From Longimicrobiales bacterium (GTDB lineage Bacteria; Gemmatimonadota; Gemmatimonadetes; Longimicrobiales; Gaopeijiaceae), in the NCBI GenBank assembly GCA_965202805.1, contig OZ241869.1, forward strand, positions 2,048,001 to 2,112,000: DNA of 64,000 bases, in the 5' to 3' direction. The translations under genes and the position numbers were made by a program. This document shows positions 18,667 through 26,641 of the stretch, in pieces; within the stretch, counting starts at the first letter, position 1, and every line of letters starts with the position of its first letter. Below the pieces are notes generated by a model. The model was not told where the DNA came from, searched no databases, and was given only the letters and a program-made list of their open reading frames with translations.

Positions 18667-19830
18667 TCACTCGCGGGAGAAGGGGGTTGGCGGAGCGTCC
18701 CGCGGGCCTGGCGGAGCGTCCCGCAGGGTTGGCCGGGCGTCCCGCGGGCCTGGCCGGGCGTCCCGCGGGGTCGGCTGCGCGTCCCGAAGGGATGGCCGAG
18801 CGTCCCATAGCGTTGGCCGAGCGTCCCATAGCGTTGGCCGAGCGTCCCATAGGGGCATCGGATAGACCCCCGAGTCTACCAGCCCCCGCAGCGATCGGGC
18901 CACTCCCGCATGATCGCCGGGGAACGTGACGCCGAGCCACAGCTCCCGGGTGGGCAGCACGGTGCAGCGCGCACGGCCCGCCCCGATCAGGTCGTTCATC
19001 GCCTCCGAGAGGTAGAATTCGCGGTCGAGGCCCGGCCCCGAAGCGAGAAACGCGGCGAACAAGTCGCGCAGCGGCAGAAGGATGTCCGGCTGGAAGCCCC
19101 AGAGGTTGGTGCAGACGGGGGTTCGCAGGGGGACCTCGAGCCGCTGGCCAGCTACGTCCCGGCCCATGGCGCGGTCTCCTTCGCGTCGGAGCTCGAGCCC
19201 CTCGGTCAGCCGCTGCAGCACGCCCGATTCGTCGATCTCGCAGAGGCCGCGGGAGACACCACCGCTCCCTGAGAGCGTGACTTCGAGGGGATAGCCTATG
19301 ATGAAGGCGCGGGTGAGATCGCCGGAAGTCATGTCAACATTACAATCTGTAATGTCAGCATTACTCTCCGCCGGACGTGGGCCGCTCGTTGCCGGATCCG
19401 AGCCCCGCATCGCGCGGATCAACGCTACGTACGCCCCCCGTCCGTAGAAGTCGTCGGCGTTGCACACCGCGAAGGGCCCGTTGACCTGTTCCCTCGCCGT
19501 CAGGACGGCGAAGCCGGTACCCCAGGGGCGGGTTCGCCCGGGTGGCGGGTCATCCACGAGCCCCGGATGGACCATCCGCTGGTTCGCGTAGCGGATGTCG
19601 AGGTGGGCCGCCGCATCGCGCAGGTGCGCGTCGAAATCGGGCCGAAGCGTCTCCTGGACGACGAGCAGGAAGCGGGTGAAGCCGGCGTGCGCGGCATCGT
19701 AGAGGGCGTAGTCGAGGAGAGCCTCGCCGCCCGGGCCGATGGGCGCAAGCTGCTTCAGGCGGCCGAACCGGGTGGAGCGGCCGGCCGCGAGGATGACCAG
19801 TGTGAGGGGTGGATCCAGTTTCGTTACCAT
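18667..19830 (-). CDS. Sugar-phosphate nucleotidyltransferase with repeat-derived C-terminal tail
   Basis: 'LVILAAGRSTRFGRLKQ', 'PWGTG', 'FAVCNADDFYG', 'GGVSRG', 'EFYL', 'WLGVT'. Confidence 0.88.
   Translation of the reverse strand: MVTKLDPPLTLVILAAGRSTRFGRLKQLAPIGPGGEALLDYALYDAAHAGFTRFLLVVQETLRPDFDAHLRDAAAHLDIRYANQRMVHPGLVDDPPPGRTRPWGTGFAVLTAREQVNGPFAVCNADDFYGRGAYVALIRAMRGSDPATSGPRPAESNADITDCNVDMTSGDLTRAFIIGYPLEVTLSGSGGVSRGLCEIDESGVLQRLTEGLELRREGDRAMGRDVAGQRLEVPLRTPVCTNLWGFQPDILLPLRDLFAAFLASGPGLDREFYLSEAMNDLIGAGRARCTVLPTRELWLGVTFPGDHAGVARSLRGLVDSGVYPMPLWDARPTLWDARPTLWDARPSLRDAQPTPRDARPGPRDARPTLRDAPPGPRDAPPTPFSRE
18684..18851. repeat. 8 x 21-bp tandem repeat encoding (L/P)(W/R)DA(R/P/Q)P(T/G/S) heptads
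   Basis: Units such as gcgttggccgagcgtcccata and gggttggcggagcgtcccgcg, period 21, no spacers. Confidence 0.92.
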
Positions 19831-19977
19831 CGATGCCGGTTTGGGTTACCGTATACAATACCGAAGTCCACCACGGCAGGAGAGGGAGGCTCTGGAGACG
19901 ATGACGGGCCGGGAGGGCGCCAGACACGTGGATGCAGACACGGAACGGGACTCGGCGGAGCGCCGGAGCTGTCCCGC

Positions 19978-20946
19978 GTGAGCCGGAGGGTCCTCATCAC
20001 CGGCGGCGCCGGATTCGTCGGGAGCCACGTGGCCGACGCCCACATCGCACGGGGCGATCGGGTCTGGATCATGGACGACCTCTCTTCGGGGCGGCTCGCG
20101 AACCTCCCCTCCCGCGCCGAGTTCGTCGAGATGAAAATCGGCGACCCCCGCGCCCGGGAGCTGATCAGCGATGTCGGCTTCGACCTGATCAACCACCACG
20201 CGGCGCAGATCGACGTTCGCGCCTCCGTAACAGACCCCATCGCGGACGCCAGGACGAACATCGTCGGCCTCATCAACATCCTGGAGGCGGCGCGCGACGC
20301 GGGGACCCGGCGGGTGGTCTTCGTGTCCAGCGGAGGCGTCGTCTACGGAGAGCCCGAGGTGTATCCCACGCCCGAGAGCGCCCCCAAGCGCCCGGTGTCC
20401 CCCTACGGGGTGTCGAAGCTCGCCGGTGAACACTACCTCGACTCATTTCGCGAAGTGCACGGCCTCGAGTGCGCGGTGCTCCGGTACGGCAACGTCTACG
20501 GCCCCAGGCAGGATCCCCACGGGGAGGCGGGCGTGGTGGCCATCTTCTGCAATCGTCTGATCGACGGCCAAACCCTGGACATCTACGGCGACGGCGAGCA
20601 GACCCGGGACTACGTCTACGCGGAGGACGTGGCGACCGCCAACCTGATCGCCGCCGACATGCCGCTCGAGGACGACGCCGGAATCGATGCGAGAGCCTTC
20701 AACGTGGGCACCGGGGAGGCGACGAGCGTGAACACGCTGGCGACCCTCCTGGAAGAGATCGCGGGCGTACGTCCCGGCCGGATCCACAGGGACGCCCGTC
20801 CCGGCGAGCTTCGTCGCAGCGTGCTCTCGACGGCGCGCATCCGCGCGATGGGCTGGTCGCCCGCGCACACCCTGCGCGAGGGGCTGGCGCGCACGTTCAG
20901 GCACATCGCGTCGGAGAGGGCGGCGACTCCTCCGCGTTCGGTCTGA
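19978..20946 (+). CDS. NAD-dependent epimerase/dehydratase (UDP-glucose 4-epimerase-like)
   Basis: 'LITGGAGFVGSH', 'HHAAQIDV', 'YGVSK', 'RYGNVYGPRQDPHGEAGVV', 'GEQTRDYVY'; GTG start. Confidence 0.9.
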   Translation: MSRRVLITGGAGFVGSHVADAHIARGDRVWIMDDLSSGRLANLPSRAEFVEMKIGDPRARELISDVGFDLINHHAAQIDVRASVTDPIADARTNIVGLINILEAARDAGTRRVVFVSSGGVVYGEPEVYPTPESAPKRPVSPYGVSKLAGEHYLDSFREVHGLECAVLRYGNVYGPRQDPHGEAGVVAIFCNRLIDGQTLDIYGDGEQTRDYVYAEDVATANLIAADMPLEDDAGIDARAFNVGTGEATSVNTLATLLEEIAGVRPGRIHRDARPGELRRSVLSTARIRAMGWSPAHTLREGLARTFRHIASERAATPPRSV

Positions 20947-20964
20947 TCTCTCGACGGTGCAAAT

Positions 20965-21002
20965 GACCCACGAGGTGGGTGATTATCACCCATCAGGTGG
21001 TC
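20965..21002. terminator. Imperfect inverted repeat between convergent genes (core TGGGTGAT-T-ATCACCCA)
   Basis: Palindrome read directly; function inferred from position only. Confidence 0.35.
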
Positions 21003-21082
21003 GATCTGCACTCGTTGGGGTATGACGCGCACGGCATACGTGGAGTGGATGGCGGGCCGCATCGCCCAGGCGGGAGGGTGAC

Positions 21083-22231
21083 CTACCCGGGCGGGTCGAA
21101 ACCGAGCCGCCAGACCACCATCTGAGGGTAGGCGCCTTCGGTCTCGGTATTCTCGATGGCCAGCCCATCGCCTACAAAGGCCTCGAACAGCGCATCGTGA
21201 CGGCGGGTGGCGATGAACGAGCCGCTGTTGAGATCGATCAGGTCGATGCGACTCTCGAAAACGTACCCCCAGTCATCGTCGGTCGGCGCATGGGCGATCC
21301 CCCCATTGGGCATGACCCGCTCCTCCAGGTGATCCAGCCAGTCATCCCTGCGGACGTGACCGAGCACCCAGAGCCGGTGTTCGCCGTCGACCTGCATCGC
21401 GAAGATCCGGCTGTGTGGCGGATTATCGGGAGACCAGGCCCCGCGTGAGGCTTCTCTTTCGTTCAGCCTGGGTCCTCTGAGCCCCAGGATCCTGCCGCCA
21501 CTCGCGCTCCATACCCGGATGAGATAGTCGCCCAGCGCTCGAGCGCTGTAGATGCGCGCCTCCCGACCGACGGCCAATACCCGAGGTGCGAAGCCCGGAC
21601 CCTCAATGCCTTCCATCTGGTCGAACGAATGAAGGATGTCCAACCCCTCGACGATGTGGAGCGGTACGCCCTCCGCCCCGGCCGTCGTCCTGCTTGTGTT
21701 CACCAGGTATCTCCCGTCCGCCCCGAGCGGTACGGCGACCTGGTAGATCCCCGGGAAGAGAGATCTGTCCGAACGATACGAGAAGTCGGCGTTCACAACG
21801 GTTTCTCGACCGTTAGCGAGGTCGAAGACATGCATCCGTCCCTCGCCGTCGGTGCCGACCGGGGCTGGACGCCGGAATTCCATGGGTCCGTCCCCCCTGC
21901 GACCGACCTGCCTCAGGAAACTCCCCTCCGCATCCCAGACCTTCACCACGGACTCCCGCGGCATTCCCACCCAGTAGTTGCCAAAGTCATCAACCGCCCC
22001 GTATATCGACCAGTCGATGTAGCCCGGCTCTATCGTGTCGCCCAGGGTCACGACGCGGTCGACGGTGATGCAGTTACCGCACGTTGCCGCACTCTCGAGG
22101 ATGTCTACGATGGCGGTGCTGTCCTGCAGCGTGGTGAGATCCCTCGGGGCATCGGGCGCGCCACAGCCGGAAAGCCAGCTGGCGAGGGCAATGGCCAGGG
22201 GCAGAGATGCCGTGGTGGACTTTCCGAACAT
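21083..22231 (-). CDS. Beta-propeller (NHL/6-bladed-like) lipoprotein
   Basis: Lipobox 'LSGC'; 'VGRRGDGPMEF' blade motif; GGAGG before ATG 22231. Confidence 0.7.
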   Translation of the reverse strand: MFGKSTTASLPLAIALASWLSGCGAPDAPRDLTTLQDSTAIVDILESAATCGNCITVDRVVTLGDTIEPGYIDWSIYGAVDDFGNYWVGMPRESVVKVWDAEGSFLRQVGRRGDGPMEFRRPAPVGTDGEGRMHVFDLANGRETVVNADFSYRSDRSLFPGIYQVAVPLGADGRYLVNTSRTTAGAEGVPLHIVEGLDILHSFDQMEGIEGPGFAPRVLAVGREARIYSARALGDYLIRVWSASGGRILGLRGPRLNEREASRGAWSPDNPPHSRIFAMQVDGEHRLWVLGHVRRDDWLDHLEERVMPNGGIAHAPTDDDWGYVFESRIDLIDLNSGSFIATRRHDALFEAFVGDGLAIENTETEGAYPQMVVWRLGFDPPG

Positions 22232-22339
22232 TTGAGCCACCTCCGTGGCGGGCCGCCGGAACGAGCAGGCGGCGAACTCCCTCCCTTCCCCCTTCGTTCT
22301 ACCCCTGCCTGGCGAAAATGCTCTCGGTCACGCCCGAGG

Positions 22340-23213
22340 TCAGAGCGTCTCCTGCCAGGCCACCAGGCCCTGAACTACAGCATCGCCGATCCACTGCTCG
22401 AATCTCCGGCGCGCATCCGCCAAGGCTTCACTCGCTCGCCAATTCCTGACGACGTACCTGCAGCGTGTCCGCCACCGATTGCACGACGGCCTTGAGCTGC
22501 TTCTTGCCGGCGATGATGGTCCGCGCCATGCCAACCGCCCCGTAGATTGCCCTTCTCTGAATGTCCGCAAAAAGGCGGACCAGCACTTCCTCACGCGCAT
22601 GGCTCGCATGCATCGCGATAAGCCGGTCCATTTCAGAAGCCACCTGCTCGGGCGGACAATACTCATGAAGCAACCCGTCGGGGCGCAGAGGATTGTTCGG
22701 GCGCTTCTTGTACTCTCCCTTCGCCAGCGGCATCTCGACGCGTCGTCCGAACGTGTTTCGAGCCGAAGCAGTGTCCTGATGAGCGAGCAACACCGCGTGC
22801 AGCTCCTTGACGAAGCTGGTGGACAGCTCGCGATCCCTCTTGATGAAGTCAAAGAGCCCGTCCAGAGCCAATGCGTGATCGCGCAGGATGTCGCTGACGA
22901 GGGCTGGGTCGCGGTTCGTGGCCGACGCGGCGATCAGGTTCTCCTGCAGCCCCCGCTCGACGAGAATCTCCGTCGTGTCCCGATCCAGCGTATAGATGCG
23001 CTCGATCAACCCGGTTTCGATCGCCCACTCCCGTTGCAGCCGCCGGTTGAAGTCCCGGACCCCTCCATGGGATGCAAGCTCCTCGCGGTTCTCGTTCCAA
23101 TACTCGACGAGGTACGCGAGGTCGGCATCGACGAGGGTCCGCCAGTTGTCCGGCAGGTCCTCGATGGGACGCCAGTGGTGGCCAACAGGGTTCGTGGCAG
23201 TCTTTTCGGTCAT
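22340..23213 (-). pseudogene. Fic family protein with internal deletions (catalytic HPFxDGNGR motif absent; C-terminus frameshifted)
   Basis: Fic-type 'REWAIETGLIERIY...FVKELHAVL...GEYKKRPNNP...YCPPEQVASEMDRL' then no Fic motif; probable terminal helix 'RFEQWIGDAVVQGLVAWQETL' lies in another frame ending at 22340. Confidence 0.7.
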
Positions 23214-23770
23214 GATTCACCCTTCGCCACATTCTCCGCGTACGTCAACGACTTCTCCAGCACCGGATTCGCGTTGTAGGCCTCGGACTGCCCGGGCGGG
23301 ATGCTCAGGTATTCCCAGTCGTCGCCGCAGAAGGACTTGGCCAGGTACACGATCTGCCCGACGTGATAGGCGGCGTGGGCCAGAGAGCGGAGGAGCGCTT
23401 CGTCAACGCGATGGGGGACGCTGCGGATGGTCACCTCGGAAGCCATGTCGTCGTCGGTCAACTCCGCGAGCGTGTCGAAGAGCACGCCCCAACCCTGGTC
23501 CCACTTCCCGGCTACCTCGGCCGGCGAGACGTTGCGCGCCTCGAACTCCGACTCACGGTCGCGCCAGGGCTTCTCCCCGTCCGTAGTCAGGAAGTCGGTG
23601 AAGCGCGACTCCAGGTTGCCGGCGACGTGCCAGACGATGGTCGCGACCGAGACGGCGTGCTCGGAACCGGCGACGAGTTGCTCGGCGTCCAATTGGCGGA
23701 ACGCGCGCTCCCCGAGGATCCTGTAGTGCTGGTATTCCGCTTCGATGAGAGCGAGGACCGTGCGGTTCAT
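23210..23770 (-). CDS. DUF1572 (DinB superfamily) protein
   Basis: 'HVAGNLESRFTDFLTTDGEKPWRDRESEF', 'HAAYHVGQIVYLAK', 'LSIPPGQS'. Confidence 0.88.
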   Translation of the reverse strand: MNRTVLALIEAEYQHYRILGERAFRQLDAEQLVAGSEHAVSVATIVWHVAGNLESRFTDFLTTDGEKPWRDRESEFEARNVSPAEVAGKWDQGWGVLFDTLAELTDDDMASEVTIRSVPHRVDEALLRSLAHAAYHVGQIVYLAKSFCGDDWEYLSIPPGQSEAYNANPVLEKSLTYAENVAKGES

Positions 23771-23880
23771 ATCGTCTCCTCATATTCTATTGTTAGGCCA
23801 AATAATATCATTGGAGTATATATACAACATCTATATATAGATATATAATGATATACACAATATACAATATAATACAGGAT
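23771..23880. other. Very AT-rich intergenic island containing palindrome ATCTATATATAGAT
   Basis: tatatatacaacatctatatatagatatataatgatatacacaatatacaatataatac within a GC-rich background. Confidence 0.8.
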
Positions 23881-23887
23881 CCCGGGA

Positions 23888-25054
23888 CTACCAACCCTTC
23901 GGGGTGATGCCGGCCGCCAGCGTCCCGATCTCCGCCACCGGAAGTACCGAGATCCGGTCGTCGAGCGCGTACTCCTCATTGCCCGGATACACGACCCACA
24001 GATGCTCCAACCCGAGATCCTCCAGCGCCACCCGCATCGACCGCGTGGTTCCGGGGGCGTCCGCGAACTTGCACTCGAAACCGTATCGCTTCCCTCCCCG
24101 GAGAACGAGAAGATCGAGTTCGGCGCCGGCGTGGGTAGCCCAGTAGTACGCGTCGCGCGTCTCCAGCGCGCCAACCAGCTGCTCGACCACGAATCCCTCG
24201 AACGAGGCCCCGACTTTGGGGTGACCCAGCAACTGATCTTCTCCCGGAATGCCGAGCAGGGTGTGCAGAAGGCCCGTGTCACGGACGTACACCTTCGGCG
24301 CTTTCACCTGGCGCTTCTTCAGATTCTCGAACCAGGGCGGCAGCACGCGCAGCATGAAGGCGCCCGCCAGGATGTCGAGATAGCGTCGGGCGGTGCCTCC
24401 GCTCGATCCCAGCGCCCGTGCGAACTCCGCGGCGTTCCAGGTCTGCCCGTGGTAGTGCGCGATCATCGTCCAGAAGCGCCGCAGGCTCTCGGCCGGAATG
24501 GTGATGCCAAGCTGCGGGATGTCCCGCTCCAGAAACGTGCGCACGAAGTTGCGCCTCCAGAGCGATGACGCCCGGGTGCTGCGCGCGAGGAACGCGCGCG
24601 GGAAGCCGCCACGGCCCCAGAGAGTTCGCCAGGCATCGGTTCCCGTTTCATTCAGGCCGAAACCGCCCAGGTCGACGAGCCCGACGCGCCCGGCGAGTGA
24701 CTCCGATACGCCCTTCACCAGCTCCGGGGATGCGCTGCCCAGCAAGAGGAAACGCGCGTCGCTGCCGGGACGGTCCACCAGCACGCGCAGGGTTTCGAAG
24801 AGCGCCGGCATTCGCTGGACTTCGTCGATGATCACCAACCCACGCAGTCGGTCCAGAGTCTGTTCAGGCGTGGCCAGGCGCTGCCGGTCGACGGCGGCTT
24901 CCAGATCGAACCAGGTGCTTCCCCGGGAGTCGGCGGCGATTTGCCGGGCAAGCGTCGTTTTGCCACACTGGCGGGGACCGGTCAGCGCGGCGCAGGGATG
25001 CACTTCCAGGGCTTCGTGGATGTGCTTGGCGGGTGTCGGGCGATCAATCAGCAT
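23888..25054 (-). CDS. AAA_14 + DUF4143 ATP-binding protein
   Basis: Walker A 'GPRQCGKT', Walker B 'IIDEVQ', 'LLGSAS', 'ESLAGR', 'GGFP', 'KAPKVYVRDTGL', 'ELDL...FECK'. Confidence 0.92.
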   Translation of the reverse strand: MLIDRPTPAKHIHEALEVHPCAALTGPRQCGKTTLARQIAADSRGSTWFDLEAAVDRQRLATPEQTLDRLRGLVIIDEVQRMPALFETLRVLVDRPGSDARFLLLGSASPELVKGVSESLAGRVGLVDLGGFGLNETGTDAWRTLWGRGGFPRAFLARSTRASSLWRRNFVRTFLERDIPQLGITIPAESLRRFWTMIAHYHGQTWNAAEFARALGSSGGTARRYLDILAGAFMLRVLPPWFENLKKRQVKAPKVYVRDTGLLHTLLGIPGEDQLLGHPKVGASFEGFVVEQLVGALETRDAYYWATHAGAELDLLVLRGGKRYGFECKFADAPGTTRSMRVALEDLGLEHLWVVYPGNEEYALDDRISVLPVAEIGTLAAGITPKGW

Positions 25055-25066
25055 CACCCACAATAT

Positions 25067-25105
25067 TCCTTGCAAATCCGCAGTGCAAGTGAGGATTTTC
25101 AAGGA
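25067..25105. promoter_or_regulatory. Inverted repeat (TCCTTGCAAATCC-13nt-GGATTTTCAAGGA) just upstream of the DUF4143 ATPase
   Basis: 12/13 arm match, ending 12 nt before ATG 25054; operator or terminator role inferred. Confidence 0.5.
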
Positions 25106-25123
25106 TTGTTGGAGCGATGTCGC

Positions 25124-26446
25124 CTATCCCGCCCCCGACGGCCTCCGCAGCACGCCCGCGAACAGGATCGCGCTCGACTCGCGCTCCCGGATCAGGTAGG
25201 CGAAGGGCCGGTCGGCGATCACCGACGGGGGAAGGCTCGTGACCCCGATCCCCACCGAGGTGGAGCCAGCCGCCTCCGCGCCCTCCTCGGACACCTCGAC
25301 GAAGGTCCTCTGCTTCACTTCGGAGATGTAGAGCGGAGGAGGAGTCGCGGAGATGCCCGTGAAGTCGGCGACGTTTGGCATGAAGGGGTCCGTCATGCCG
25401 AGCGACTGGAGCGTCTCCTTCAGGCTCTTGTCGTATTCGACGCGGAACCTGGGGAGCACCACCCGCACCCTTCTCGTGGTCAGCTTGTCGAGGATGCTCT
25501 CCCAGCGCGTCTCATCCATCGACCCGATCTCGTCGTCGATGTTGCTCCCGTCTGCGGGGACCAGGACCGTCATCGCGAAGGCCCCCTCGCCGAAAGGCAG
25601 GTCCACGATCTGCAGGCTGCCGTCTCGGCCGTGGGGGAATTCGCGGGTCTGGTCCATCATCGGGATCGACTCGGACTCGCCTTCAGCGATGTGGAAAGGG
25701 GCATCGGTCGTCTTCTCGGGATCGAACGCGTACTGCCATGGACCCCTGAAGTAGACCGCGTTGATGAGGAAGAGCACCGTGCGGCTGTCGATGGGCGGCT
25801 CGATGATGCTCTCGATGCGTCCGTTCGTCTTCTCCGAGACCCATTGGTTCATGGTGTCGGCCGCCGAGGCGTTGGAGAAGTCGAGCCCGGCGACCGTGGC
25901 ATCGAAGAACGCGCGCACCGTGTTCAGGAAGGTCGGCTCGACCTCGAATCCGTGCCGATACCACGCGGAGTTGGCGATCTGCGTGTTCACGGTTGAGTCC
26001 GCCATCGGCAGATTCGTCATGAGGCCGCGATAGCCGTTGTTGATGGTGTCTACCGCGACATCCGCGAACCCGAGCGTGGCCTGCATCTGATCGTACGTGG
26101 CGCCGCGGGCTCCGTTGAGCGCCATCCCGAGGGCCATGGAGGCGCTGAGCGGCGAGACGAGGACGTTCTCTTCCGGATCGGCGGCCATCGCGGCGGCGAG
26201 CAGATCCCGGGCGAAGAGGTTGCTCTTCTCGACGACTGCGGCCTCCGCCGAGGCCGAGCGCGGCGGGACGATGATCGAGTCGCCCGGGCCGGGGTCCGGG
26301 GGCTCGGGGATCGCGGGCTCGGCGGGACCGGGGTCGAGCGGGTCATCCGAGCAGGCCGGTGTCAGGATGACCGTCAGCCCGATCGCAAGGGCCAGCGCGG
26401 TGCGCGCCGTCGACGGAACGCGGGTCATGGAGGTAGCCGACTCCAT
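25124..26446 (-). CDS. Serpin (serine protease inhibitor), lipoprotein
   Basis: 'NVLVSPLSASMALGM', 'LINAVYFRGPW', hinge/RCL 'EVSEEGAEAAGSTSV', 'ADRPFAYLIRE'; lipobox 'TPAC'. Confidence 0.93.
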   Translation of the reverse strand: MESATSMTRVPSTARTALALAIGLTVILTPACSDDPLDPGPAEPAIPEPPDPGPGDSIIVPPRSASAEAAVVEKSNLFARDLLAAAMAADPEENVLVSPLSASMALGMALNGARGATYDQMQATLGFADVAVDTINNGYRGLMTNLPMADSTVNTQIANSAWYRHGFEVEPTFLNTVRAFFDATVAGLDFSNASAADTMNQWVSEKTNGRIESIIEPPIDSRTVLFLINAVYFRGPWQYAFDPEKTTDAPFHIAEGESESIPMMDQTREFPHGRDGSLQIVDLPFGEGAFAMTVLVPADGSNIDDEIGSMDETRWESILDKLTTRRVRVVLPRFRVEYDKSLKETLQSLGMTDPFMPNVADFTGISATPPPLYISEVKQRTFVEVSEEGAEAAGSTSVGIGVTSLPPSVIADRPFAYLIRERESSAILFAGVLRRPSGAG

Positions 26447-26641
26447 CCAAAGGTGTTGCTGTCACCGTCCGCGAGAACGAATGGGCTGGCGAGAATGTGA
26501 CGCCTGATCTGCGACCCGGTCCAGTCACGCAGCCGACCAGGCGTGTTTCTCCCCGCGCGAAGTGGGCGGCGGGGCGTTAAGCTCGACTACCTCCGGGCCG
26601 GTTCCCCAGCGCGTTTCACGGCTGTCGGGAGGAGCGACTCC

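Noticed and set aside
18684..18851. CRISPR array
   Set aside because: Contiguous 21-bp units with no unique spacers, inside a CDS, no cas genes
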